This document shows, piece by piece, positions 50,215 to 64,000 of a stretch of DNA of 64,000 nucleotides. The translations under genes and the position numbers were made by a program. The notes under the pieces were generated by a model, which was given only the letters and a program-made list of their open reading frames with translations, had not been told where the DNA came from and made no database searches. Source of the stretch: Candidatus Poribacteria bacterium (GTDB lineage: Bacteria > Poribacteria > WGA-4E > PCPOR2b); the NCBI GenBank assembly GCA_965218095.1, contig OZ244587.1, positions 1,312,001 to 1,376,000 of the forward strand, written 5' to 3'. The stretch's first letter is position 1, and every line of letters begins with the position of its first letter.

Positions 50215-50345
50215 TTCCCGCAACACGCATAAGGATAGCCCGCACCGTAATGAATGCTCAATTCATAGAGTCCCCCATCAAGATGCCGATGGTCTCCAAG
50301 ATTTCCACGACGGACACGAGGAATCCTGTCAAGTATCTTAGTTGG
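50215..50345 (-). pseudogene. RelE/HigB-like addiction module toxin remnant
   Basis: RIPRVRRGNLGDHRHLDGGLYELSIHYGAGY matches the GN.GD....GG..ELRI..G.GY pattern. Confidence 0.65.
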
Positions 50346-50450
50346 TTTGTAAGTCGGGCTGTGGGAGTGGCGAGGATAACACCGCCACATTTCGCCTTTC
50401 CGTTTGAAATGGTCAGATTTCTCCTGTGGAAGCGAGGCTGGCCAAATTGC

Positions 50451-50723
50451 CTATTCCCCCTCGATAAGTTCACCGGCCTTCTTTTTGAAGGCAATCGCGC
50501 TTCGTGAAACCTCGACTTTCACATTTTCTGCGATTATTAGCACGACAATATCTTTGTCCACGCCCACAATTTTTCCATGTAAGCCACCCGTCGTGACGAC
50601 TTCATCTGCCTTTGACAGATTGCTCAGCATGTTCTGATGTTTTTTCCGTTTAAGCTGTTCAGGGCGCAAGATCAGAAAGTAGAAGATTGGTATCATCAGA
50701 AGAATCGGAATGAAAGCCTCCAT
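50451..50723 (-). CDS. yajC: Preprotein translocase subunit YajC
   Basis: FYFLILRP, DEVVTTGGLHGKI, VEVSRSAI. Confidence 0.95.
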   Translation of the reverse strand: MEAFIPILLMIPIFYFLILRPEQLKRKKHQNMLSNLSKADEVVTTGGLHGKIVGVDKDIVVLIIAENVKVEVSRSAIAFKKKAGELIEGE

Positions 50724-50740
50724 AGTTTATGTCCTCCAGA

Positions 50741-51769
50741 TTAAAGAATGAGCATTGCATCGCCATAGCTATAAAAGCGATACTTTTGTACAATAGCTTC
50801 CTGGTAAGCCGCAAAAATAAATTCACGCCCGGCAAATGCGCTGACGAGCATAAGCAAAGTTGATTTCGGCAAATGAAAATTAGTAATCAAAGCGTCAACA
50901 ACTTTGAACTGATAACCGGGATAGATAAAAATATCCGTATATCCTTTATAAGGAACGATTCCCCAGTCTGAGGCAACCGTTTCGAGTGCTCGAACTGAGG
51001 TTGTCCCGACCGTAACGACTTTTCGCCCCCGCTGTTTTGCGACGTTAATCTGATTAGCAGTTGCCTGAGAGATCTCAAAATATTCTGCGTGCATCTTGTG
51101 TGCTCCAATATCTTCCACTTTGACGGGTTGGAAAGTGCCGAGTCCAACATGCAGTGTAAGAGTAACAAGGTCAACACCACCTCGCTTGAGTCCTGCCAGC
51201 AACCCCTGCGTAAAATGTAACCCCGCCGTTGGCGCAGCGATTGCTCCTTCCACCTTCGCATAAACACATTGATACCCCTCTTGATCGGTGGGGTTCGGTT
51301 CACGTTTGATATAAAGCGGCAGGGGAATTTGACCGATTTGTGCGAGAATTGGCTGAAAATCTCCGTTGTATTTGAATCGTACAGTATAGATACCATCCTT
51401 TGATTTGGCAAGAATCTGTCCCGTCAGCAACTCATCACCAAACACGACACAGGTTCCTCGCGTGACGCGCCTGCCTGGCTTAACTAACGCCTCCCAGACA
51501 TTCGCCCGTTTCGGATGGATTAAAAGAAATTCAACCTTCCCGCCGGTTGGCTGTTTCCGCCCGATTAATCGTGCTGGAATGACTTTGGTATTGTTGATGA
51601 CAAGCAGGGAAGGAGAAGGGAGAAACTCGCCGATTTGTGAGAATTGCGTGTGGTGAATTTCGCGTGTCTGCCGATCAATGACCATTAGGCGGCTTCCATC
51701 CCTTTGCTGAAGAGGATACTGGGCGATAAGTGCTTCGGGCAGGTCATATTCATAATCGGTGAGTTTCAT
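50741..51769 (-). CDS. queA: SAM:tRNA ribosyltransferase-isomerase
   Basis: YDLPEALIAQYP, NNTKVIPARL, AAPTAGLHF, LHVGLGTF, TNFHLPKSTL, YSYGDAM. Confidence 0.97.
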   Translation of the reverse strand: MKLTDYEYDLPEALIAQYPLQQRDGSRLMVIDRQTREIHHTQFSQIGEFLPSPSLLVINNTKVIPARLIGRKQPTGGKVEFLLIHPKRANVWEALVKPGRRVTRGTCVVFGDELLTGQILAKSKDGIYTVRFKYNGDFQPILAQIGQIPLPLYIKREPNPTDQEGYQCVYAKVEGAIAAPTAGLHFTQGLLAGLKRGGVDLVTLTLHVGLGTFQPVKVEDIGAHKMHAEYFEISQATANQINVAKQRGRKVVTVGTTSVRALETVASDWGIVPYKGYTDIFIYPGYQFKVVDALITNFHLPKSTLLMLVSAFAGREFIFAAYQEAIVQKYRFYSYGDAMLIL

Positions 51770-51851
51770 GCTTGTTATTTTTTGGAACCGGAAGAGAGGA
51801 TTGGCAAAACCCCGATTACAGATCGGGGTCGTCAAAGGAAAGAAAACAGGT

Positions 51852-52868
51852 TTAGAAAAGCGTGGGATATCCAGGTGGGTCATACCCCAGGTGCTCATAA
51901 GCCGCATCTGTTGCGGCACGTCCCATTGGAGTCAAAGACAAAAACCCAATTTTGATTAAGTATGGTTCGTAAACTTCTTCAATAGTCCGCTCATCTTCAC
52001 TCACGGCAACCGCAATTGATTTTAGCCCAGCCCGACCACTGAACTTTTCAATGAGTGTCCGCAAATAAAATCTATCACTTTCGTCCAAGCCGAGTTCGTC
52101 AATTTTGAAAAAATCCAGCGCTTCTTGAGCGATTTCATAAGTGATAACTCCATCGGATTTAACCGTTGCATAATCCCGGACTTTTTTCAACAGGTTTCCC
52201 GCAATCCGCATGGTACCTCGTGAGCGGCGAGCCAGTTCACGTTCCGCTTCTTCTTCAATGATGGTATTCAACCAAAGGCTCATTCGGTTAATAGCAATCT
52301 GAGTCTCATCGGCTGTGTAATAATCGAGATGAATGCGAATCCCAAATCGATCTCGAAAAGGTCCCCCTAACAACCCTTCACGAGTGGTCGCACCCACAAG
52401 GGTAAAGCGGGCGAGTGGCACTGGAATAATATCCGCTGAAGGTCCTTGCCCAATTGGTAAATCCAATTTATAATCTTCCATTGCGGGATACATAGACTCC
52501 TGGACATAGCCCTTCATTCGATGAATTTCATCGACAAAAAGGATTTCCCGTTCTTCCAGGTTCGTTAAGATCGTCGCAAGGTCCAGGCGTTCCATCACGG
52601 GGCCAACTGCTGACTTCAAGCCGCTTCCCATTTCACTGGCAACAATCCGAGCGAGCGTTGTCTTACCCAGTCCGGGGGGACCGACAAAGAGAATGTGCGC
52701 TAATGCCTGTCCTCGACTTTTGGCGGCTTCGATATGGATGCGCAGTTGCTCTTTAACCTGTTCCTGCCCAATAAACTCCTCAAGGGTCTGGGGCCTCAGG
52801 CTGTAATGGTTGCCATCCGACCCGCCGTTATCCGAACCGTTGAGAAGTTTTTGCATCTGTTTATCCAT
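51852..52868 (-). CDS. ruvB: Holliday junction branch migration helicase RuvB
   Basis: LRPQTLEEFIGQ, GPPGLGKTTLA, DEIHR, GATTR, RDRFG, YEPYLI. Confidence 0.96.
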   Translation of the reverse strand: MDKQMQKLLNGSDNGGSDGNHYSLRPQTLEEFIGQEQVKEQLRIHIEAAKSRGQALAHILFVGPPGLGKTTLARIVASEMGSGLKSAVGPVMERLDLATILTNLEEREILFVDEIHRMKGYVQESMYPAMEDYKLDLPIGQGPSADIIPVPLARFTLVGATTREGLLGGPFRDRFGIRIHLDYYTADETQIAINRMSLWLNTIIEEEAERELARRSRGTMRIAGNLLKKVRDYATVKSDGVITYEIAQEALDFFKIDELGLDESDRFYLRTLIEKFSGRAGLKSIAVAVSEDERTIEEVYEPYLIKIGFLSLTPMGRAATDAAYEHLGYDPPGYPTLF

Positions 52869-52879
52869 TGGGCAGCTCA

Positions 52880-53470
52880 CTAATTTAATCGAGCAAGAGC
52901 AAATCGAATCAACTCTTCCCGTTTTGCTACAGGTCCTAAGATTTTCTGCGCTTCTGTAATTGCTCGCTCTGCAGCAAACTCAGAAGCTCCCAAACCAACC
53001 AAAACCTTCACGCCCTCGTCCGTATACTTTTGAATCTCACCTGCATCAACTTTGGCATCAAATTGAATTTTACGAATTGTGTTCTTGAGTTTGATGATGA
53101 TGAGTTGTGCTAGTTCTTTATTAAGGCGCGGTACTCGCATCAAAGTGGTGTGATCGCCATCACGGACAGCACGTTGAAATTCGGCAGGAGAGAGTTTTGA
53201 CACAATATTTAACGCTAAGGCGGGACCAACCCCTTTTACCATGAGGGCTGTTTCAAAGACTTTGAGTTCATCCCTTGACGTGAACCCATAAAGCTTGACT
53301 TCGTTCTCTCGACAGTGATAATACGTGTAAAATGTGATTTCGGATCCAATTTCTGGCAACTTATCTTTTGTGCTCGGCGGAACCTCAACACTGTATCCGA
53401 CTCCATTGACATCAATAACAGCTTGCTTTGAATCCTTAATCGCTAAGACGCCCTTTACGAACGAAATCAT
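52880..53470 (-). CDS. ruvA: Holliday junction branch migration protein RuvA
   Basis: IDVNGVGY, LYGF, VKGVGP. Confidence 0.94.
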   Translation of the reverse strand: MISFVKGVLAIKDSKQAVIDVNGVGYSVEVPPSTKDKLPEIGSEITFYTYYHCRENEVKLYGFTSRDELKVFETALMVKGVGPALALNIVSKLSPAEFQRAVRDGDHTTLMRVPRLNKELAQLIIIKLKNTIRKIQFDAKVDAGEIQKYTDEGVKVLVGLGASEFAAERAITEAQKILGPVAKREELIRFALARLN

Positions 53471-53970
53471 GAATTTTTGTACCTTTCGCGCAATTGTAGC
53501 ACTTTATGGGAACGTGCGTGACAAATTGCTAGGGCAAGCGCATCCGCCGCATGATCGGGTTGGGGAATCTCATTAAGCTTGAGCAAGATCTTAACCATTT
53601 CCTGGACCTGGCGTTTACTGGCTTTACCGTATCCAACAACCGCTTGCTTAACCTGGGCTGGCGGATAACTATAGACTTGCCGATTTGTATTTGCAGCTAC
53701 CAGTTTAGTGATGCCTCTTGTCTCTCCCACAGCAAACGCGCTGCTTACATTCTTGCTAAAAAAGACGTCCTCAAGTACAAATAAATCCGGTTGGTGTTGA
53801 GAGACTAACTGACTCAGTTTGTCATAGATGATTTTCAAACGATAAGCGGATTCTTCCTTTGATTCTGTCCGAATGGATCCAAAATCAAGGACTGATAGTG
53901 TCGAGTGATCGACTTTAATGAAGCCATAGCCGGTATGTGCAATTCCGGGGTCTATTCCAAGAATAATCAT
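53467..53970 (-). CDS. ruvC: Crossover junction endodeoxyribonuclease RuvC
   Basis: ILGIDPG, VKQAVVGYGKASK, DHAADALALAICH. Confidence 0.96.
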   Translation of the reverse strand: MIILGIDPGIAHTGYGFIKVDHSTLSVLDFGSIRTESKEESAYRLKIIYDKLSQLVSQHQPDLFVLEDVFFSKNVSSAFAVGETRGITKLVAANTNRQVYSYPPAQVKQAVVGYGKASKRQVQEMVKILLKLNEIPQPDHAADALALAICHARSHKVLQLRERYKNS

Positions 53971-53984
53971 TCTCAAGCAATAAA

Positions 53985-54731
53985 TTAGGCTGCCGCTTCT
54001 AAGATCTCGTCGGGGATGTCGAAGTTCGCATAAACTTTTTGTACGTCGTCACTATCTTCTAAAGCTTCCATCAACCGCAGCATCCGCCCAGCTTCCTTAC
54101 CTTCTAATTTCACTGTATTTTGAGGAAACATGGTGATTTCGGCATCAAGAATCATTGCGCCGGATGCTTCAACGGCTTCTCTTACTGCATCAAAGTTGTC
54201 AGTAGAAGTGATAATTTCAATACGATCATCCAGGGACGTTATGTCACCTGCTCCCGATTCGACAGCAATCATAAAAAGCTCATCTTCATCAATACTATCT
54301 TTTTCGACAACAATCAATCCGCCCTTATCAAACAGCCATGAGACGCAACCTCGTGCGCCCATATTCCCTCCATGTTTGCTCAAAATATGTCTCACATCAG
54401 CAATTGCTCGATTTTTGTTGTCGGTCAAGACCTCAATCATGATTGCGACCCCACCGGGGCCATATCCTTCATACAGGACTTCTTCATAATCCACGCCATC
54501 AAGTTCGCCAGTCCCGCGTAAAATTGCTTTTTCAATTGTGTCATTCGACACATTCTTTGATTTTGCAGCTAACGCTGCAGTCCTCAAACGCGGATTTATT
54601 TCGGTATCGGCGCCACCGATTCGTGCCGCAACAGTGATCTCTTTAATTAATTTCCCGAAGAGCTTTCCACGTTTGGCATCAACAGCAGCCTTACGGTGTT
54701 TAATTGACGACCATTTAGAATGACCTGACAT
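53985..54731 (-). CDS. yebC: YebC/PmpR family protein
   Basis: MSGHSKW, YEGYGPGG, TDNKNR, LEDSDDVQ. Confidence 0.96.
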   Translation of the reverse strand: MSGHSKWSSIKHRKAAVDAKRGKLFGKLIKEITVAARIGGADTEINPRLRTAALAAKSKNVSNDTIEKAILRGTGELDGVDYEEVLYEGYGPGGVAIMIEVLTDNKNRAIADVRHILSKHGGNMGARGCVSWLFDKGGLIVVEKDSIDEDELFMIAVESGAGDITSLDDRIEIITSTDNFDAVREAVEASGAMILDAEITMFPQNTVKLEGKEAGRMLRLMEALEDSDDVQKVYANFDIPDEILEAAA

Positions 54732-54832
54732 TTGTTCCTCCCTGATTCATATAGTCTTGCCTATTTTAGCATACGGGCAAAGGAGATGCAAGAAAATCGT
54801 TTCGCTGTTTATAAAAGACTTGCCTCAACATG

Positions 54833-54860
54833 AAAAAAGCCCCGATCTAAGGATCGGGGC
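54833..54860 (-). terminator. rRNA operon terminator
   Basis: GCCCCGATC-ctta-GATCGGGGC-TTTTTT on the minus strand. Confidence 0.85.
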
Positions 54861-54871
54861 CAATTTAAGTT

Positions 54872-54989
54872 TCCCGGCAGCGACCTACTTTCCCACGAAG
54901 TTACCCTCGAAGTATCATCAGCGCTGAAGGGCTTAACTGCCGTGTTCGGAATGAGTACGGGTGTTTCCCCTTCGCTATTGCCACCGGAA
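54872..54989 (-). rRNA. rrf: 5S rRNA
   Basis: CCGGTGGCAATAGC...ATTCCGAACACGGCAGTTAAGC...GAAAGTAGGTCGCTGCCGG. Confidence 0.95.
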
Positions 54990-55065
54990 AAATATGCTAA
55001 ATTCTTCCAAAAGAAATATATTTGACAATTATATAGATTTGAATATGACAGCTATATGTAATTAA

Positions 55066-58084
<3,019 letters not shown>

Positions 58085-58149
58085 AGTTCTTTAGAAGCCG
58101 ATAATTCAAATCTATACAATTGTCAAAGATCTAAAGCTGTCATGCTTAG

Positions 58150-58223
58150 TGGAGATGAGCGGAGTCGAACCGCTGGCCTCCCCGTTGCAAACGGGGTGCT
58201 CTCCCAAACTGAGCTACACCCCC
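58150..58223 (-). tRNA. tRNA-Ala(TGC), CCA not encoded
   Basis: GGGGGTGTAGCTCAG...TTGCAA...GGTTCGACTCC cloverleaf. Confidence 0.95.
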
Positions 58224-58232
58224 ACATAGAGA

Positions 58233-58309
58233 TGGTAGGCTTATCTGGAATCGAACCAGAGACCTCGCGCTTATCAGGCGCGCGCTCTAACCACCTGAGC
58301 TATAAGCCC
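58233..58309 (-). tRNA. tRNA-Ile(GAT)
   Basis: GGGCTTATAGCTCAGGTGG...CTGATAA...GGTTCGATTCC...CCA. Confidence 0.96.
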
Positions 58310-58413
58310 CTATAATAAATTAAAGATGCTTGCTAGAAAGCTAAATAGAATTCTGACATGTACATCAACGAGCGTGGGTATATCAATTTCGCTTAAAAGC
58401 TATATACCCTGCA

Positions 58414-59990
<1,577 letters not shown>

Positions 59991-60158
59991 TAAAGTCATG
60001 AAAAAACTTGCTAATCGCTATGGATTAACAAGAAATTCTAAGTTGACAAGAGGGCTTATAAAACAAGCCCTAAAACACACTAAAAACAGCAACACATGTC
60101 AAAAAACTATTTAGCTTTCAAAGAGCATCTTTTGACCTCCTTAACGGAGGCAAGCGGA

Positions 60159-60187
60159 ATTATAACATACGATTTTCACCCTGTCAA
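60159..60187 (-). promoter_or_regulatory. rRNA operon promoter
   Basis: Perfect TTGACA-17 nt-TATAAT about 170 nt upstream of 16S. Confidence 0.85.
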
Positions 60188-60214
60188 GAGAAAATGGAGA
60201 CTTTTCCTTCCATT

Positions 60215-60508
60215 TTAATGCAAATCTTGTGTGGCACGACTGGGTAAGCCGCCGCTAATCGCCGGTAGGAAATGAATTTCCGTTTCTTCGTTCACAGGTT
60301 TACGCATCCCTTCCCGTGAAATGACGCCGTCAACGTATACCGAAATGCCTCGACGAATTCGATCGCCATCACAGAGCCGATCTTTGAAGCCGGGATAGGA
60401 CGCCTCCAGATTATCAACAACTTGTCGCAACGTTGTTCCTTCCACGACGACTTTATCCGTACCATTTGTGAGTTTCTGCATAAGCGGAGGAATTGCTACC
60501 GTTGGCAT
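60215..60508 (-). CDS. MoaD/ThiS/CysO-like ubiquitin-fold sulfur carrier
   Basis: V.IP..., G.TL...L...YPG, ISVYVDG, FLPAISGG plus 10-aa tail. Confidence 0.88.
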   Translation of the reverse strand: MPTVAIPPLMQKLTNGTDKVVVEGTTLRQVVDNLEASYPGFKDRLCDGDRIRRGISVYVDGVISREGMRKPVNEETEIHFLPAISGGLPSRATQDLH

Positions 60509-60541
60509 GGAACTAAATCACCTTCCGTGAATTCATGCTTA

Positions 60542-60676
60542 GAACCTGTTTGAAAATTCGTAGCCTCAATTCCTGCAACCGCTACGGCGTATACATTCTT
60601 GCGTTTTATCGCGGAAAGGAATTCCTCGAAGGGATGCAACCTTTATGCGGTTTCAGTGCAATTTTAAAACAGGCTC
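60542..60676. mobile_element. IS5-family-derived MITE
   Basis: TIRs GAACCTGTTTGAAAATT / AATTTTAAAACAGGCTC flanked by a TTA duplication (60539-41, 60677-79). Confidence 0.7.
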
Positions 60677-60688
60677 TTAATGTCAGTG

Positions 60689-60730
60689 AATCAGGAATAC
60701 AGGCTGTAGAAAATCCTGTATCCCTGATTG
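60689..60730. terminator. Hairpin downstream of the molybdoenzyme gene
   Basis: AATCAGGAATACAGG...CCTGTATCCCTGATT. Confidence 0.5.
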
Positions 60731-60741
60731 TGAAAAGATGT

Positions 60742-62997
60742 TTAGATCTTCCCCATTGCTTTGAGGATACGCCCCGGTGACATCGGAAGTTCTTTCATCC
60801 GAACACCGACTGCGCGATAAATTGCATTCGCAATGGCGGCTGGTGGTGCGACGATTGGCGTTTCTCCGACACCCCTGACGCCATAGGGATGGCCGGGGTT
60901 AGGAACTTCAACAATCACCGCATCAATCATCGGCAGGTCAAGACAGGTGGGTATACGGTAATCGAGGAAACTCGCATTGGTCATCTCACCTTTTTCGTTG
61001 TAAATGTATTCTTCGTTTAGCGCCCAACCGATGCCTTGAACCGCCCCACCCTGCATCTGTCCTTCTACATAGCTTGGGTGGACAGCTTTGCCAGCATCTT
61101 GGGCCGTCGTATAGCGCAGGATTTGGACCTTGCCGGTGTCCGGATCGACCTCGACATCAACGAGGTGCGTGCCAATCGAGGGGCCAGGTTGGTTTGGATC
61201 GGCGGAGGCACGTCCAACAATTGGTCCGCCGGTCTCATCAAGCTTTCCTGCCAAACCTTTGAAGTCGATCTCCTCCTCTTTGCCGTTGACGCACCGAAAT
61301 AGGCCGTCGGCAAATTCCACTTCACCCGTATCAACTTCCCACAGTTTCGCTGCGCGCTCGATTAGCTGTCGTTTGACATCTTGAGCGGCTTCATAAGCGG
61401 CATATCCTGTCGCAAACGCAGTGCGGCTTCCTCCCGTCACATCCGTATAACCAACTGAATTGGTGTCAACCACAGTGGGCGTAACCGACTCGGCAGAAAT
61501 ACCTAGAACTTCCGCGGCTTGCATTGCAATCGATGCACGGGTGCCACCGATATCTGTCGAACCCTCGACAAGGCTTATCGTCCCATCGGGATTCACGTTA
61601 ATCGAGACGCTCGATTTTAGGCCAAAGTTGGGCCAGAAACCGGAAGCAACCCCACGCCCTCTATTCTTCCCTTCAAGCGGCGCTGAGTAGTGTGGATGTT
61701 CCTTCGTCGCTTCAACCGTTTCGATGAAACCAACGCGTGGAAGTACGGGACCATCGACGCGAGTATCTCCCTCTTTTGCGCTATTGAGGATTCGGAATTC
61801 GAGGGGGTCTATCTCAAGTTTCTCACAGATCTCGTCAATGATAGTTTCGACGGCGAATGCGGCGTTTGTCGCACCGGGTGCCCGATATGCAGAGGTTTTC
61901 GGCTTATTGACGACAACATCGTATCCATCAACGAGCGCGTTTTCGATATTGTAACACGAGTAAATACACATCGCTCCAGCACCAACGGGTGAGCCTGGAT
62001 ACGCCCCCGCTTCATAAGCTAGGTAGCCTTCCGCAGCGGTAATGCGGCCCGCTTTGTTCGCGCCGATCTTCACCCGCACGTAGGAGCCGGGCGTCGGACC
62101 GGTGCCCTCAAAAACATCTGCCCGACTCATTAAGACCTTGACCGGTTTTCCCGTTTTCATGGAAAGTATGGCAGCAATAGGCTTAATGTAAACTTGGATC
62201 TTCCCACCAAAGCCACCGCCAATCTCCATCGGGACGACCTTAATCTTTGAAACCGGCATCTGAAGAATTTTTGACGTCTGTTCTCGAACAGTGAATGCAC
62301 CTTGTGTACTACACCAGATTGTGAGTTGTCCATCGGGATTGTACAGCGCAGTCGCATTGTGGGGCTCGATATAGCCTTGGTGCACGGTCTCTGTCGTGAA
62401 CTCATCCTCAATGACAACATCGGCTTCCGCAAAGCCTTTGTCGAGGTCTCCCTTCTTGTGCTGGAAGTGGCTCGCGATGTTGCTCGGCGTTTCGGATTTT
62501 TCCCCCATTTCATCAGTTCTCAGGTCCTCGTGCAAGAGGGGGGCGCCTTCCTTCATTGCTGCGCGCACATCAACTACCGGCGGCAGCACTTCATAGTCAA
62601 CATCGATCAGTTCAAGCGCTTCTTCAGCGGTATGGGGGTCAATCGCTGCAACCGCTGCAACCTGATGCCCTTTGTAGAGGACTTTATCGCTTGCCAGTAC
62701 GTTATCCTGAAGGTGTTTCAGGGTGACCGCTCCCTCTCCGAGGTCAACAATTGTGTCTCCGGCGCCAGGAAAATCTTTAGCAGTTACAACCCCTTTCACA
62801 CCTGGATAGGCTTCAGCGCGGCTGGTATCGATCGATTTAATCCGCGCGTGCGCGTGGGGACTGCGCAGGACTCTGCCGTGTAGCAATCCCACAATTTGAA
62901 AATCGGCGCCGTAGAGGGCGCGACCAGTGACCTTATCAACACCATCGTGACGAATGGGACGAGTCCCAACGACTTTGTATTCTTTCTTGTCTGCCAT
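60742..62997 (-). CDS. Xanthine dehydrogenase family molybdopterin-binding large subunit
   Basis: LRSPHAHARI, HQGYIEP, IGGGFGGK, AYRAPG, EGQMQGG, RGVGE; lacks the form I CoxL AYxCSFR motif. Confidence 0.93.
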   Translation of the reverse strand: MADKKEYKVVGTRPIRHDGVDKVTGRALYGADFQIVGLLHGRVLRSPHAHARIKSIDTSRAEAYPGVKGVVTAKDFPGAGDTIVDLGEGAVTLKHLQDNVLASDKVLYKGHQVAAVAAIDPHTAEEALELIDVDYEVLPPVVDVRAAMKEGAPLLHEDLRTDEMGEKSETPSNIASHFQHKKGDLDKGFAEADVVIEDEFTTETVHQGYIEPHNATALYNPDGQLTIWCSTQGAFTVREQTSKILQMPVSKIKVVPMEIGGGFGGKIQVYIKPIAAILSMKTGKPVKVLMSRADVFEGTGPTPGSYVRVKIGANKAGRITAAEGYLAYEAGAYPGSPVGAGAMCIYSCYNIENALVDGYDVVVNKPKTSAYRAPGATNAAFAVETIIDEICEKLEIDPLEFRILNSAKEGDTRVDGPVLPRVGFIETVEATKEHPHYSAPLEGKNRGRGVASGFWPNFGLKSSVSINVNPDGTISLVEGSTDIGGTRASIAMQAAEVLGISAESVTPTVVDTNSVGYTDVTGGSRTAFATGYAAYEAAQDVKRQLIERAAKLWEVDTGEVEFADGLFRCVNGKEEEIDFKGLAGKLDETGGPIVGRASADPNQPGPSIGTHLVDVEVDPDTGKVQILRYTTAQDAGKAVHPSYVEGQMQGGAVQGIGWALNEEYIYNEKGEMTNASFLDYRIPTCLDLPMIDAVIVEVPNPGHPYGVRGVGETPIVAPPAAIANAIYRAVGVRMKELPMSPGRILKAMGKI

Positions 62998-63485
62998 TAT
63001 GCACTTACCTCCGATGACATGATTTGAGCCGCATCTTGTACAGCACGGACAATCTTATCGTATCCAGTACAGCGACACAAATTGCCCGCCAGCCAATAGC
63101 GGATTTCGTGTTCAGTTGGGTTCGGGTTTTTATCCAACAGCGCCTTTGCAGCCACGATAAAGCCGGGCGTGCAGACACCACACTGGAGTGCAGCGTTTTC
63201 TAAGAACGCATCTTGGATCGGATGGAGCTTGTCTGGTTCGGCGAGACCTTCAACCGTTTCTAGCTCTTTGCCTTCAATCTCAGCGCCGAGTACCAGACAC
63301 GAATTGACCAAGCGTCCATCAAGAATCACGCTGCAGGCGCCACAGTTGCCATTGTTACAGCCTTCTTTGGCGCCCGTCAAATAAAGTACATCTCGCAAGA
63401 CTTCAAGCAGGCTCTGGCGAGGTTCGCACAAAAATTCAACTGCTTCGCCATTAATTGTTGTTTGAACGTGGATTTTTCCAGGCAT
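62997..63485 (-). CDS. (2Fe-2S)-binding small subunit (CoxS/CutS family)
   Basis: GCNNGNCGAC, SCL, QCGVCTPG, NLCRCTGY. Confidence 0.95.
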   Translation of the reverse strand: MPGKIHVQTTINGEAVEFLCEPRQSLLEVLRDVLYLTGAKEGCNNGNCGACSVILDGRLVNSCLVLGAEIEGKELETVEGLAEPDKLHPIQDAFLENAALQCGVCTPGFIVAAKALLDKNPNPTEHEIRYWLAGNLCRCTGYDKIVRAVQDAAQIMSSEVSA

Positions 63486-63491
63486 CTATTT

Positions 63492-64000
63492 TTATGCCTC
63501 CTTCACTCTTTGAATTGCACCGTTTAAGGCGCGACGTGTCAACACACCGACAAGATGCGTTCTTTGTTCCGCCGTTCCACGCATATCACTGATTGGACGC
63601 GCAATAGCCTGCGCCGCTTCAGCAGCACTGTTGATCGCTTCATCGGAAACTTCCTTTCCAGCAAGCGATGCGCCGGCTTCTTCAGCAAACAGCGGTGTTG
63701 GCGCGACAGCGGCAAGCGAGATTCGTGCCGAAACAAACGATGTTTTCGCGTCGTCCAGAACGACTGCCGCACCGGCGCCGACAACAGCAATGTCCATTTC
63801 ATTGCGTGGGATAAAACGGAGGTAATAAGAACTTGAATTTTTCTGCGGTGGGGGAACTTTGAATGATACGAGAAATTCTCCCCTTTCCAGGACAGTTTGC
63901 CCCGGTCCCGTGCAGAACTGCTCTACAGAGACTTCGCGCGGCGATCCATTTGGGCCGGCAATGACACAAATGGCTCCCAGCACTATCAACGGCGGTATCG
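63492..64000 (-). CDS. FAD-binding medium subunit (CoxM/CutM family), 5' end outside the window
   Basis: RNEMDIAVVG, AVAPTP, PISDMRGT..R. Confidence 0.9.
   Translation of the reverse strand, partial: IPPLIVLGAICVIAGPNGSPREVSVEQFCTGPGQTVLERGEFLVSFKVPPPQKNSSSYYLRFIPRNEMDIAVVGAGAAVVLDDAKTSFVSARISLAAVAPTPLFAEEAGASLAGKEVSDEAINSAAEAAQAIARPISDMRGTAEQRTHLVGVLTRRALNGAIQRVKEA

Noticed and set aside
60742-64000. Aerobic CO dehydrogenase (coxMSL)
   Set aside because: The active-site loop is AYRAPG, not AYxCSFR; it is a general molybdenum hydroxylase.

Overview
Bacterial chromosomal window, most consistent with Candidatus Poribacteria. That assignment is an inference from divergent 16S signatures, FlgD-Ig C-terminal domains, PhyH, BNR sialidase and TPR-rich genes. 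The right third is core genome: a xanthine-dehydrogenase-family operon plus MoaD, a complete 16S-Ile-Ala-23S-5S rRNA operon, yebC-ruvCAB-queA-yajC and argJ/argB. The centre holds a co-oriented ~12 kb envelope locus: a pseudo-caspase/PEGA membrane protein, a coiled-coil diadenylate-cyclase-domain protein, a ~1100 aa TPR protein, an apparently plug-less OM beta-barrel, ExbB/TolQ, a TonB-like protein (no ExbD), then a long structured leader and a TPR lipoprotein. This locus is the best candidate for an undescribed system. Also present: arsS divergent from mtnP, an archaeal-type beta-RFAP synthase (mptG) sitting where the permease of a TolC-MFP-ABC exporter should be, about ten pseudogenes, MITEs, IscB/IS605-like end remnants and short tandem repeats. 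All calls come from motif recognition by eye; no database searches were run.
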